In this document: piece after piece, positions 35,220-49,520 of the stretch | How positions within the stretch are numbered: position 1 is the stretch's first letter | How the letters are laid out: each line of letters opens with the position of its first letter | Source of the DNA: Amphiscolops sp. MND2022 | Taxonomy: Eukaryota | Assembly (NCBI GenBank): GCA_964187785.1 | Contig: OZ076410.1 | Span: 77,562,001-77,626,000, forward strand | DNA length: 64,000 bases | Reading direction: 5' to 3' | The notes under the pieces: generated by a model | The model's input: only the letters and a program-made list of their open reading frames with translations | Database searches by the model: none | What the model was told of the DNA's origin: nothing | Position numbers and translations under genes: made by a program

Positions 35220-36375
35220 TAGTAGTAGTATACGGCTCAATTCCTAAAAACCGGAGGCATATATACTATACAAAGATTAGAAATGGATAACAAAAACAGA
35301 TTACGAGCGACATATAGCACATGTACACGCCGAACAAAAAGAGCACGAATTAATAAAACTGAGGCTGGGATCTGAGATTGCATGAAATTATATAAGCCCC
35401 TTTTAATTTTGAGAAGTTCCATGGTGAAGTCGACAATTATCAATCTGATTAATTGATTAGCATGTCGAAGGGCACGATCATAGAAATTGTTATCTGAGCT
35501 GAATTTATCAAATTTGAGGACTTTGAAGTTACCCAATGAGGATGAACTCATCTGCTTGAATGAGTTGATGACAAATGGGCAACAATGAGAATTGATTTAA
35601 GGCATCATTATAGGAGGAGCAAGAGCAAACCCAGAGCATTACTTTGTTTTGAAATGACTCCAATTTCTTCATGTAAGTAATTGAAGGGCTCCGTGCACAA
35701 GATCCATAGAGAAGAATGGGCAAGATGAGACTGGTATAGAGCAGTGAATTCCGCGAGACTGAAACACTAAAAGGAAAGTTTCGTTCTAGGTAGAATACTT
35801 TAGAACATTTACTGGTTTTAGAGTCAATATGTTTATTCCAGCTAAGATTCTAAGATTTTTAGACGCGATGATACCCAAATTTGCTCAATAGAAGGTAAAA
35901 GTTGATCGCCCAAGGTGAAGTTGATGTCGTGAAAACCAAAAAATAGAATTTTGCATTTCGAGGGCTGAAATTGCAAACCATTGTCCATGGAACGTTTGTA
36001 AAGCGCTACGTTGGCTTTTTTGATATGGGACTTGCATGAAAGAGAGAATAAGTTAGAGTCATCAGCAAACAAGAAAAATGATTGTGTTGAACAAAATCAG
36101 GCAGGTCGTTAAGGAAGAGTAGAAAGAGGAGGGCATAAAAGACTGCCTTGGGGAACTCCGGATGTAATTGGAAGGGGAAGCAAAGACTGTGGTTGATTTT
36201 CACACATTGCGTACGGTTGTCGAGATATGTGGTTAAAAGAATAACAAAATCGGAGTCAAAACCAAAATTTCGGAGCTTGTTTAGTAAAAGGTGACGAGGT
36301 ACAGAATCAAAAGCTTTCTTTTCATCAAAGTATATGGAAAGGCATGGGATATTCAAATTGCGTGCTTTATAGCTG
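35220..36375 (-). mobile_element. CR1/L2-group LINE RT fragment (unit C)
   Basis: KAFDSVPR, FADDSN, (TAG)n tail at 35220-35230. Confidence 0.88.
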
Positions 36376-39300
36376 AGTTACTGTACTTCTAGATTTCATG
36401 AAACCTTGTTGTTCTCTTTTGATGATGATTCGGACATTTGGATACACAAAATCATAGAGAATCCTCTCAAATATCAATGATAGAACAGGTAAAATACTGA
36501 TTGAGCGATAGTTTGAAACTTTAAAGCCTCTTTCGTGCGGGCATGTTTAGCACCGAATAAGGAATCATGAGTAGCTAGAGATTAATTTACACTCTTCAAT
36601 AATAAGATGTTGTAGCTTGTCGAAACGTCCGCTAGTTCGTATGAATTCAACCAGATTTACACAATCTCGTCAGCCATAGATGCTGAAAATTTTTGCGGGT
36701 TGGGTCGTAGCTTCGTATATTGTACAGTCGAATAAAAAGTTATTAGCAGTTTCTTCAGTTTCTTTGCAAGGGCAAAGCGGGCTAGCAGTTAGACTTCTAT
36801 GGTAGGCGAAGTTATTCATTGAGGGGTGGATATCCAGTAGCAGTTCAATAGCAGTCCACATTTCTTGTTTAGCAGCCTTTACTTTCATCACCATTGGGTC
36901 ATTGTCTACTCTATGTACAAGATTCTTTAGGTGTGTAGCAAAATCCGGGTATAGCCATCTGGAGTTCCATCTAAGAAGGATGCGACCTCTACTCACACCT
37001 TCGTTGTAGCTATGGTGTCAGATAAATCGATGTTTTTCAGATTGTAAAATTAGCTTCATTATGTTTCTCTGAGGGGTGATGAATGTTATTGAGGCGTTAA
37101 TACTAGGGGTAGTAGAACATAGCTGACTACGTTAAAGGACCATTTTCGAAAAATTCTGCCGCGCGTTTTGAACTGAGTGATTTTCAGTCAAATAGTATTG
37201 AGCAAAGTGACTAATTACTTTAGACATTTGGGTGACAAATTTAAAACCAAGAGACAAGATTCATGAGGCCAAATGAATCTAGGCCAGATGACTTTAAGCG
37301 AAGTTACCATTTACGCTTGGTGGAATGTGTGATCTGTAACCTTTGCGAAGGATGAGTTCCTACAAAGTCCGCTAATTCAATACAAGCAGAGACGCGCAGC
37401 CTCGCTGAATTTCGATGTGCTAGGTTCTCAGCAGCAAATGTTGACCCTCCATGCAACGCTGGACTTTCAGACAGATTGTTCAATTCAGGCATCTTTTATC
37501 TGAAAAGGGTTCCTGAGAACAAATACGGGACAGTTTGCCGAAACCCAGTTTGCCGAAATCGGCAAATTGTCCCTACTTTGCCCAGTTTGCCGGGAAAAAA
37601 ATGGCAAACTGTCCCTCGGATTCTTCAATATGGGTTTCGGCAAACTGGGTTTCGGCAAAACGGGTATATACCCCTGAATATGGGACAGTTTGCCGAAACC
37701 CAGTTTGCCGAATTTGGCAAATTGTCCATATTTTGCCCAGTTTGCCAAAAAAAAATTGGCACACTGTCCCTCGGATTCGGAAAATTAGGTTTCGGCAAAC
37801 TGGGTTTCGGCAAACTGGGCATATACCCTGAAACTCGCATACCTCACTAGTTGTATGTTATCTTGATAACCAAAGTACAAGATGTTTGTCAAAACTTGTC
37901 GAAAACTACAATCTGGTGCCTACTCCTATCTTTGCTTTTTTGGGAAAAATCATTCTGAAGGATCAAACGTTGGAAGTTATCGCCCGTGATGCGTGATAAT
38001 CAATACGCGTTTTCGCGACGGTGTCAGCGAACATCCAAAGCTCAATCTTGAGGAAATACCGCAACCAAAAAGTGAGTTCGATCGCCGACTGTCCTCGATT
38101 TGCTTCAAGTTCGACAAGCATAACGTTCGGAAAGGAGTTGTAATGGTTGTAGGAGACGACAAGACTTCTGAGTTGGTGGGATATTTTTGGATCAAACTTC
38201 TGTGCGAGCAAAAAAATTGATCGAAAATGGATCGAAAGTTGAGATCGAACTCTTCCGTTTTTGCTAGGTTATTGCTCCTGCAAAGCTTTTAGAAGTGTTT
38301 AAATTGTTTTAGGTACTTTTCCCCACCTAATACGGGTTCAAATACGGTGTATGCATGCTCGCCCTCACGGTCGCAAAGACCAGCTCCCACTACGATCACT
38401 TCGCGATCTCCCTTCCTGCAAGGTCTTTGCTTCTGTTGGACCTCGCTCAACAACAAGTGAACATAAGCGGCCCCAAGGGGCCGCGGGTCACTAGAGGAAA
38501 TGGGGCCAAATCCGAGGGCCAAAAAATTATTATTTGAAAACGCTAGGTATTTGAAAACATTGATTCGATTTCATTTTCTCCGACCATTTTACTTCGATCT
38601 CAGTGACAGATTGTTATTTGAATGTAATAAATTGGTAGTTATTAGTACTGGTATATATTTGTCAGTGTGTTAATTATGTTAGCCTAATTGTTGTATGTAT
38701 GCTTCAGATGAATGCTTCTCAAATAGAATTCCTGCAAGTAGTGTTTTCACTCACGACAAATCTGTTTGATAATTCCGCTTGCGTTATCACCTCTTCAAGA
38801 CCTCGCCCACTCGTCCCCTGATTATCACGGATTCACAAGGAAAGAACCTGACATTCCCTAACACTCAAACTCTAGCCAGGAACATCTCCGATCTTGCTGT
38901 AGCAGCCTCTGAAGTTGCACTCAGAATATCGTTATAGCGGTTTTCCCCGGCTGAACATCCCTGATAAAGGCAAGGCATCAATTCGACTCCTAGAAAGCAA
39001 CAACGATAGCCGGTGGCTTTACAGAGGCAAATCCCGAAGCGTCTACAGCGTCGAAAAGCCTATTACCAGAGACGACATCCACCTCGAGCCAAAGGCCGTC
39101 AGTGGAATTCGCTCTATCTTAAAGAATAGAGTGCTTCGGAAAACCTTCTGCACCCAGATCGACAAACGAGGTCACCCCTAACATACGATTGCTGTCGGGG
39201 TCATTACACTTGCCCGCGCTAAATCACGTAAGCTGACTTCAGGTAAGCGACTTCTGCTACTACGGTACTTCCTCATGTTCTTCGTAGCTGTTGACCTTTC

Positions 39301-39929
39301 TGCCACTACGGTACATTCTTAAGTTCCTCGTAGCTATTGTCCATTCTGCTACTACGGGAGTTTCTTAAGTTCCTCGTAGCAATTGTCTAAGCGCTGTATT
39401 CCTTTTTCTGTCTCTCATGAAGTTCAAACTACCCGACTTGCCACTAAATCTTTCTCCCGAGACGTGGAAATGGTGGACAAAAAGTTTCGAGGACGATTTA
39501 CATATCAACGGCACAACCGAAATGCTGACAAATTAGTTTTCCTTCGTACATTTTTCAGCTCCGGCTATTTCACCCTCTTCGAAAGTTTTGCAACGTTTGC
39601 AGACGCACTGAGGACGTTGAACAGGCAGTTTTCGAAGCCCACGAGAAGGCTCTTTGCCCGTCATCAAATGCTCAGTGCCAGTCAGAAGGACGACGAGTCC
39701 ATTATACAGTTTTCACGAAGGCTGAAACGACTTGTTGAAGACTGCGAATGCACCAGTTTGACCGGCCAAGCACATAAAGACTATCTATTACGAGACGCCT
39801 TGAAATCAGGGATCATGTCTAACGACGTTCGGGCAAGATTATTGTAGCTGGAAGACTCCAAGGCCGACATCGATAGCTGCATATCGCTTGCATGTGCTAT
39901 CGAACTATCCAATGACTTTTCGCCTGTAA

Positions 39930-41250
39930 TATGCGCCGGGATCAATGAATTGGTCTTCCCGGAAATGAAAGTCGCCCCTCCGATCATACGCTCCAGTTCA
40001 GTCAAGAGTGCCAAACCAATCGCTAAAAAATTGCGCCACTACAAAATGCAAGACTTCGCTTTCATTTAGTCCGAGCTTACCCTCATTCTCACTGAGCGCA
40101 ATGTTTAAGTTTCAACGTCTCCCTGGCGGGCACAAGCTTTTCTCGTTAAGGACGGGTTCCAAGCCCCGGATGGTGATCGACTAATCGCAGACAATAAATC
40201 GTCATACGGCCAAGGATACTTATTGATGAAGCAGCTGATAATACTGTTTTTTCGAAAATCGATTTGATGTCTGCGTATCATCAAATCCCACTTCATAGCA
40301 ATGACATGCCTTTGATTGCGTTCGAAGTAAACGGACGTCTTTTTGAGTTCACCAGACTTCTTTTTGGGGTGACAAACGTTGTAGCGGCATTTCAACGAGA
40401 AATGAAATCTTTTGGCGCCGGCACAACCTGAAGCGAACGCACCCATATCTTGATGACGTGATCATTTGAGTCAGATCCAAGGAAGAACACCAAAAAAACC
40501 CGAACAACTTCCTAGAAACGGCCAAGATTGAGGGTCTGACGCTGAAAACAGCGCGTTTTTGACTACAACAGTGCCAATGCTTGGTCACATCGTGGGAGCT
40601 CAATCTAAACGCCCTGACATGAGCCGAATCAAAACACTGATGGTTTTACTTATCCCCGAAAACTCGTCCCAGTTTAAACGTCTTCATGGATTCTTTGCGT
40701 ACATCGCAAAGTGGTTTGCAGATTACTCAAATAAGGTTGCTCCTCTACTCGCAGCACAGAAACCACTGGCATTTCCGCTCAATAAAGCTTCTCGACTGAC
40801 TATCGCAACACTCAAGAAGGAAGTTGCATCTGCTGTACTCTGGCTTCCCCGGGCAAACGAGCCCGTCGTTCTCCAAACTGAGACGTCCGGAACCGCTATC
40901 GGAGCGACAATCAGTCAAGGCGACAAACCTGTCGGCTTCTTCTCGAGAATTTATAGCGAATTGGCGTTTATAGCAAATTGTTTATGAAACATAGCGAATT
41001 GGCGTACTCGGTGATTGAACGGGAAGCTATGGCTTTATAGGAAGGCTTTCGTCGTTTCTCTGACGTGCTACGTAGGTCACGAGGTTTAGTTCGCAGCGAC
41101 CAAAAGGCGCTCACTTTCGTATTGACCCAATTTTTCCAGAGTTAAAAACGACAAGATGATTCGCTGGCGCTTGGAACCATTGGAATAGAACTTCGAAAAA
41201 TGTTATCAGAAGGGTTCTCAGAACGTGCCAGCTGACGCCTTGTCTCGATT
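39930..41250 (+). pseudogene. pol: Gypsy RT-RNase H, disrupted
   Basis: SPWRAQ, YLDD, GFFAYIAKWFADYS..VAPL, KPVGFFSR. Confidence 0.88.
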
Positions 41251-41289
41251 AGCGACCATATCGCCCAGCTGTAAAAGCTTAAACGAGAC

Positions 41290-42100
41290 ATCCTAGAGTG
41301 ACCTTATTGTACGAGTACATTCAAAGACACAAATTCCCAATCTTCCTAGATGATGCGGAAAGGGTTACTGGGAACTGCAAAACGTGCGCTCTATGGAAAC
41401 CGCACTTCTTGTGGCCGCCCGGCAGCGATCTTATCCGGCCCTCCAAACATTCGGAGCGACTAACAATTGACATTGTTGGCCCTAAACTAATGACTCGAAG
41501 CAAAAACCAAAACCTTCTCACAGTGGTGGATGAGTTTAGTAGGTTTCCGTTCCCCTTCCCTCTCGCCTAGTAGCGTCATCAAATATCTTTCGACACTTTT
41601 TGCCATTTTCGGAACCCCCGGTTTCATTCACTCCGACCGAGGCGCACAGTTCGTGTCATCAGAATTCCAAAACGTCTGCCGCCAAAATGGAGCTGCGACT
41701 TCCAAAACTACGCCCTACCATCCTCAAGGCAATGGCCAGAACGACCGCTACAACGGAATTGCGTGGAAGGCCATTCAGTGCCTTTTACACACCGCAAACC
41801 GCCCACTCTCTGACTTTCAATGTGTCCTACCGTCGTCGCTGTCGTCGATCCGGACTCTCATCAATTGTCACCAAGGAGAGTCCGCATGACCGCGTCTTTT
41901 GTTTCAAACGCGATGAACCGCTGATCCGTCCCTCCAGAAGCGCACCTCGGCTCAAGGCAGACAATCCCGCTTACCTCCGGGATTTCGTGAGGGCAAAAGA
42001 CCAAGCTCCAGTTGTGTCTGTACAGATATTCGAAGTAATCTTCCCTCACCTTGCACGAGTCTCCTTTGGCGATGTGCGAGTTGACACGGATTCTACCAGT
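41290..42100 (+). pseudogene. pol: Gypsy integrase, disrupted
   Basis: CKTCALWKP, TIDIVGP, TVVDEFSRFPF, FGTPGFIHSDRGAQF, TTPYHPQGNGQNDRYNG. Confidence 0.9.
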
Positions 42101-42519
42101 GACATCCCTCGACGACCGCTGGATGTTTACAACGAAGGAAAAATCTCGCAACCAGGTGATCAGTGCAGAGACAAGGAGACTAATATAGACTCCGAAATCG
42201 GAACCCAGTGTGAGCCACCTTAATCTGTGGAACAGTAAAGAAATCTCAAGCCAGTCCGTACTCTCCTGCTCCCACCTTGCGACGCTCGGCAAGGAACAGG
42301 AAACCGCCTACATACCTGTGCCCTTTTGTGTTGGTGACGAACAAGAGACTTTCGAAATGAGAAGGAGTGTTAAGAATGTAATATATATATGTAGTTATTA
42401 ATACTGGTATTATAATGTCGGTATGTTGTTTATGTTAGCCTAATTGTTGTATGTATGCTTCAGATGAATGCTTAACAAATAAAAACCTCCTGCATGTAGT
42501 GTTTTTCCTCACGACAGAT

Positions 42520-43900
42520 TGCATGTTTGCGCAAATTCATTCGATCCAAACGCCCACTGCCTTCTGAGTTCCCTGTCAACAACTACAACGCACCATCGCT
42601 GAAGCAACCGGAGAGAGACATTCATACTGTTTCGGACCCCATCAATGATGAATCTTCTCCAACGTAAGGTTTTCAGGTACAAAAAGCTCTGATGTCCTTC
42701 GGCTGTAGTGCAGGTTTGGATGGCTTTTCACATCAGGTTTTGAAACATGTTAATACTATACTGTGGAGAAAAAAACGTGCGACTTTCCACATGACTTCTT
42801 TGGTACTAAATTGACTGCATTGAAGCCTGACGGAGGACTTCGTCCTCTGGCAACACTCTCGGTCGGCTGTGTGCGAAGTGTGCTCGTTGTCATGATTTTT
42901 GATTTCCGAAAACGATTTATGGAAGTCGTCAAATAGGTTTCGGTGCAAAAAGTCTCCAAACCTCCACTCATTCCGATGTAACAATTATCAGCTTCGACAC
43001 TGAAACTCAACTGACTGAAAGTGCGAAAACCCAAAAAGACAACCCACACTTGTCTAAACCCAAAAACACCAATGAAGTTGCTACGAATTCGAGATGAACA
43101 TTTTCAAAAGGATGCTGCTAAAATATCAAATTTGTCTAAATTATATGTTACGCTGTTGCTAAAACCAGTTAACCGGGAACGTTTTGTCGTTTGCCAAGGA
43201 AGTCAAACTCCGGTTTGTCGAGGATGTAACGTCCACTAGTTTGGTGGACCTGCTTAAATTTCGAAATAATCGAAGTGTGGCGTCCTCGACTTTTGACGGT
43301 GAACGACAAAAAAGACGCTCCGACTGAGAGAACAGAGGAGGAGAGATAACAAATCCCTGGTAAAGAGCGTGAAAGACACCCATAACCTTAGAAAGGAAAC
43401 GCCCCAAAACGTCCCTTCAGAAGGTTGTTCACGGAAGAATGCTGAAAAGCCTCAGAAGAGACTCATACCTTCCGTACAGACTATGTCCAAAGCCCGAAAT
43501 ATGCCGAATTTCGATACCAGATGCTATGTTTGTGGTCGTTGTACCCTGTTTGTACAAACTTTCAGAGATATTGTTATTTTATGAAAAGCTATGTCCCGAT
43601 TTAACATAAGCTTTCATCAGTGAAATGTATTGCAGCTATTTCCCGGTTTTGGACCTCGGACGTATGTCAAAACTCGCAAGAACTTCAGGAACAGTTTTTA
43701 CACTCTTGTGGGTTGTGTCGGGATTTTGAGTGTGTCTGCACATAGTCACGAAGCTCTAATTGAGGAGCCTTCTTGACAATTGAAAAGTTGCCCCAGGAGA
43801 TTGTTTTTGGAACAAAAGCTGATGGCTTATATTGTATTTGACCCATGGTCTTCTGTCAAGGCACCCTAATGTGCTGAAACTGCCATGACAATTGCCGAAG
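42520..43900 (+). mobile_element. Heavily decayed CRE-like (restriction-endonuclease clade) non-LTR retrotransposon
   Basis: Across shifted frames: SAGLDGF.HQVLKH, FFGTKLTALKPDGGLRP..NTLGRLCAKCA (42795-42890), QIGFGAK, and a possible C-terminal knuckle (..GTKADGL..THGL.CQ, about 43805-43860). Not visible in the ORF track. Confidence 0.62.
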
Positions 43901-46900
43901 GCCCCCCCCTGTGTTTGAACAGGCAGAGAACACACCTCACAACGTCATGCCTTTTCGAACCTCTGATTGATTGCGGCACCCCCTGAATCGACTTAGTCAT
44001 TTTGTCACCTGTGTTTTTAGTACCCCCTGGGACATTTCCCCGGGCCTACCTTCATCAATACTAACTGAGAAGTTTACTCGTTAGGAATTTGGATAGATTG
44101 CTGAAAAACGTCAGCGAGTTAGTTGTAACACGCTATGTATGTCAGTTTTCGATTTTGTTTTTTTAATACACCAAAAACTTTCAGACAGAAGAACCTACGG
44201 CCAGAAGGATTTAAAAACAAAAACGTTCCAATAAATCTGTCAAGTCAGGAACGGAAAACATTGCTAAAATGACAAAGTAAACAGTGAAAACACAAAACAT
44301 ATCATTGTTCCTTAACAAACAGACAAGGTTTGTCTTTTAGACCAAACTTCGTGAGTGCGAAGGAAGCCTTAGGTGTTGGTTCCTAAGCGCTTCATATCAG
44401 CCCAAGAATGTTCCCTGTGCTAGGTATTACGAGCTACTTTTGCCCAGACAGTTTTTAGAATACCCAATACAAAATGAAATATTTGTCACTCGCTTTCTTC
44501 TCAAATACAAAGACCTGATTAAAGGACGTCATAGATTTGAGCGATATAAAAACAAAGGAAAGACTGAAACAACCCCTTCTTTAGAGATATTGCGAAAAAC
44601 GTGTTGCTTTTGCCACATTTTGGGAACCCGGTAGTAGTGTTTCCGAGACAAATTGGAATCTCTCCAAGGAAAACTGTTATGTCGTTGGTCCAATTATTGT
44701 TACGCTAGCGTTTTTAGTCACTGAGAAAACTGAAAAAATGATGTAAAACTGACTATTTTTTGAATTTAGCACAGTGTGATATCTGAGTGATATCTTAGCC
44801 CCAAACTGTTTGCATTTTCGTAAACATAGTAGCAATTCCCGACGATTTGTGCATTTTGTGCAGCCTGCCATTACCCAACTTGTCGAAATTGACTTTTTTT
44901 GTGGGCTTACACCCGAAAAACGATACCAAGGGTACATCGTAGTTTTGGTATTGTCAATCAGTGAACACCGGCCGTAGTACCGCGCTATTAGTTTTCCGTT
45001 ACGTGGCCATATTTCACGCTCGCATACAGAGTGTCAGGTAGCTAGAAAGCCTGGAGTGCAATTTTTACAAAAAAACGGGAATTGCGTCCTTTTTTCAAAC
45101 AAAGAAAATTTGTTAAGCAACCGGACTTCGGGTATAAACAATTTTAGTGTAATCAGCGGTCGATTCCTTGGATTTAGCTAAAATAGCACACGGTGTGAAG
45201 TGTTCAGGTCGCTATCACCAGTATTAGGTGATTTTCATATTCCCCATTTGTGCGTTTTTGACCGATTCTGCATAGCACAAATTTCGCTAACATTTCCGCA
45301 AGTAAGCACGAAAACGACCTCAAACTTATTCTAGAAACCCGTGATACAAGTTGAAGCGTGTTGGGCTGTGATTGGACTCTTCCAACAACCTTGGTCAATC
45401 AAAACACGGCTCAAAAACCTTTTTTCCTCTCAACCGCTAGCAGGGTCACATGAGTGTTAACTATTAGATGAGATCACGCATACTCAGCGCCCAACGCGCC
45501 GTGCAAGAGCTAGAATGCTTTTAGATGCTAGTGGAATTCCACTATGAACAGTCGAGAAGACTGGCCTAACACCAGCCAACAAATCAGCGACAGAACAAGA
45601 CACTAACGAGAAGGTACGACAAACGAGTGCCAACGCGACATTGTTTGGAGCGACCCCTGAATAGGCGAAAGATCGGACCCATTGGGTTTCGGGATACGGG
45701 TGTTTATCACCACTAGAAATCCATTCACAGACACATTGCCTCTGACCACTTCGGCAACACCACTGGTCAAACCAACCGGCAAAAGAAGATAGAGAATAGA
45801 TACGATACTTGAAAATCTCCTTGAAAATACCATTCGCACTCCAATGTCCCAATTCTCAGGCGCCCGTGTTGACCAGCTAGAGCAATGGTCAAGTTCATCA
45901 AACCCAAGTGTGAGCAGCATGGCAGCGCCAGATTTGACAATCACAAGCGGCATAAGAGAATAGGAAACAAGAGAAGAGGGCTTTGGCCAAAGTTTGGCTG
46001 TGGTGACACAAGTGAAACCAAGGTTTGCACAAGAAAACAGGGAAAATGCTCTGCCAGTTGAGATTATAATGAAGGAAACGGATGGGATGCGAAAAAGGTA
46101 GACAGAATGAAAATCGAGGGACGCATCAGTCAGGGCAAGTTGGAATCCTCGATATCATCGATTGATGGCTTAATCCGGCACCGACAGACCATAACCGACA
46201 CTCGATACACTGACATGACCACAATCATGAAGAAACGTGATAGCCAAACTGACGATTGTCTGAATTCAATGTCAGAGTAGATGCAACACCGGACACGAAG
46301 ACAATAATCGTTTGATAGAGTTCATGATCATCAAGCAAGATCTTGCCCTCGGAATGACGACCGTAGTTGCACAGTCGGCTGCGGGACCTTGCGGCCCTCC
46401 AACAATGCCAATAGCATGAATGAACATTCCAACGAGACTTCCAGAAGGGCGTTTTTTCACAGCAAACAGCATATAGTGAAGCGGCCCGCCATTAACTAGC
46501 TGGCCGCAAACAGAGTACACCAAACAAGCTGCGACAACCTTCGGTATACACGAAAGAGCCAGAGAAAACGAACGAGGTGTCGAAATTGGTTCAAGCTCAA
46601 CTCTTTCTTACGCTGCGTCACAGGTATCAATGCGACTCCGGAATTGGCATCTTTCGACCTATTTGCCGGGGGGCATTAACAACAGGAGATTAATACTCTG
46701 CTGCAAGTGGCATGACGATCCAAAACCCAAACTACTCAGCACAATCGACGAGCGCCACGACCAATCCGCCGGTATAATCGTTCCGGATAACATACCACGG
46801 TCTTTGGCCTCCTATATGCAGCGAGAAGCCAACACGAAAAGGTATTTAGATCTAGAGACAGTAGCGGGGGATTAAGATTGTGGAACCACTAGGACAAATC

Positions 46901-49129
46901 AAAGAAACCCACTACAGGGAGCAATCATGACAACAAATGTTCAAAGGCTTGGAACTGCTGCTAGCGTCAAAAGAGACCAGAAAGAGACCCATCAAAAGTC
47001 GCAGCACACGCGGTGGCAATATTGAATATATCCACCAAAAGTAGTGGATAGCGAAGCAAGAGGATACATAACCAATAAGTCTGAGACTGGAAATGACACC
47101 GACGAGAAAAGTATTTCCGCTTCTGGCACATCGGTTCGGAACGGGATCTAGCAATACCCATATACAGCAACAGTTTCGCACTCGCAACTAATCAGTGATG
47201 AGTATTACATGCAATGTTCGGACGCGTTGGAGGGCCTGCGCAGCCAAGCCTTCCCGAATGAGGAAGTAGCGGTAAGATGCTACGAAAATATTCAGAAATT
47301 CGTTGACGGTTGACGGAGAACGCAATTTTGAATTGAAGAGAAAACCCGCCTTCATGTGGGCGCAACGACTATACTCGGAGGAACCACTAGTGGTGGAAGC
47401 ACTCAAAGTCACTGCAACATTGCCGCACAGAGCATTATCTGGCAGCCTCGCAACAATCGCCAACAATAAATCAGCAAACTTAGGTACCACAGCATGCGGC
47501 GCAACCACATGTCCCAGTTTACAGGAACCACCGCAACAGTCTGTTGCTTACAGACAAGAACCGCAGGCAGCAAGCTTCAATAGTGGTTATGGTCGCGCTT
47601 CGTAGCCGATTGTCCCCTGAAAGGTCGTGTTCGTAAACGGATACAACAGCAAGTGAACTCATGTCACACTAAGCAAACTGCGGGATGAACTCGCCCATCT
47701 AGCTCCGGCGGATGGACTTGCCCCAACGTAAATCAAGCTCAGGTGAAAGAAAAGAAACTCAACATTGATGGTGTCGACATGAAGTTTGAGTGGATAATGG
47801 TCCTGGAAAGACGTTTTTCGCAAAGCCTATACTTGGGAAGAAAAAAACTTCGGTTCTACAACAAGGGCTTGCAAGACATTCAGGAAAAAAGCGCGGATAG
47901 AGGAAATCGATTCTCTGATAGTTGTGTTAGGCACCAATCTCCAGAAGCCATTACCTCTGTACGGCAGAGATCACTCACGATCCGGAGTATATATCCTCAT
48001 TCTGAGCGCCTACCAAAAATCGCCTATTCGCTAGCCCTGGGACTCCTGCCTTTCGACAATCAACTCTAGGCTGCCAATGGCTGAAGCTTCACACTATCGA
48101 CATTGTGAAAAACGTCCTCTTTCCGCTGCGGGACACACGTTCATAGCGAACATCATCGTAATCGCCAACCACCTGTGCGCAGACGACTTTTGGCTGGGAC
48201 GCAACATTCTAGTGGACCTGACTGCTCTGAGAGTATCTTTCAGGGACCCTAAACCAGGTAAGGTTTTAAAAGTAGTGCATGAGGAAAGTGGGCAGCAGGA
48301 AGTATCCTTGGTAGTTTCAGCAGAAGACGTATTCTCAGGACCTTTTGAACGCAAACTAATGCTGGCTAAACTAAGCACGCAACAACAACCGAGTTCAACA
48401 TCCGCAACGTGATGATCCACCCTTACACCACACAACGTACTTCCCCGTTTATTTTAGAAGGCACACTAACAATATTTGAAGAGAAAGGAAAAACAGTTAT
48501 GACCCTCCAGAACAAAACTGCGAATCGAGGGGGTGAAACCACAGACGGTGATGGGTAAAACAATACTTGCCAAATTTATGGTGAGCTTTGTTCCTGTAAA
48601 GCCGAACATGTGAATAAAGTGCAGTTGAGACTAAGCATTGAAACAAGTTCCCAATTCAGCTCCTTTGCAAAAAAGCTCTTTCAACCGCAGAGGAGCTGGA
48701 AGAACGTTTTTCAGAGAACGAGGTACGCAAAAGGACAAATCCACAGTTCGAGAGAGCAATACCAAGACCAGACCTCCCCCTGAGCCGTTTTTCTTTTTTT
48801 CTTGGGGAGATAGGCAGATGAAAAACCAGCGAATAGTTTGAGTGAATTCGAAGACTTGTTCATGAAAAAAAGAAGACATTGATCGATGTCAAATAGCGAA
48901 ACACATTATAGAACACGAGACGGAGGCTGTGTCACACCATGAAGGAGCCAAGCGAATATCCCTCGATAGGGCGGCAAAAGCTGACCAAGAAGCCCAAAAC
49001 TTTATTGCTCTAGGGACGTGTACCTACGGATACCTAAGGATACAAGCTTCCTTTTCGGTGTAGGAAAAATACCAAGAAGCATTTGATTCTGTGAAAGAAA
49101 CGTTTGCTGATTCCACAGTTTTATAACGC

Positions 49130-49520
49130 CAAACGGAAAAAGACGTTTTGTGTTGAACACAGACGCTAGTGCTGTTGTAATTGCTAGCATTCTGCATCAA
49201 GAGCAAGATTGTAATGGAAAGACCATACAACGATCTATCGTTTTTGGCAGCAACTGACTAACGCGAACAAATACGAATTATGATGCCGCAAAACTGAAAA
49301 TGTACACATTCTTTGAAGATGCCCACTCATACCTTGCTCGTCGAGAATTCACGATTCGCGTGTGCAATCGAGCCCTCTCATGGCTGAAGACGTCTTCATT
49401 GGACCCAGCCATGATTGGACGCTGGATAGTACGCCTCCACCAGTACCACGTCACAACGAATCACAGTCCGCGCGAGGAACAACGGAACGCAAACGGCCTT
49501 TACAGAAGGGCGAATGATCT
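49130..49520 (+). pseudogene. pol: Gypsy RNase H remnant
   Basis: FVLNTDASAVVIASILHQEQ..NY...KL.MY..YLARREFTIRVCNRALSWLK..MIGRWIVRL..RNANGL. Confidence 0.85.

Larger units (their letters stand above)
20410..38611. repeat. Tandem segmental array of TE-mosaic units A, B, C
   Basis: LTR starts at 20443, 26499, 32960 and 38612 give periods of 6056, 6461 and 5652 bp. The same order of LTR-gag, short dispersed repeat, two LINE fragments, foldback MITE and flank recurs in each unit. Confidence 0.95.
38612..42516 (+). mobile_element. Decayed but two-LTR Ty3/Gypsy element of 3.9 kb
   Basis: LTRs 38612-38758 and 42368-42516 (TG..CA, clearly diverged); PPT GAAATGAGAAGGAG 42354-42367; gag, RT PYLDDVII (about 40443), RNase H LQTETSGTAIGA, integrase LTIDIVGP/HSDRGAQF/YHPQGNGQ. 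Flanks share only GAT(T). Confidence 0.93.
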
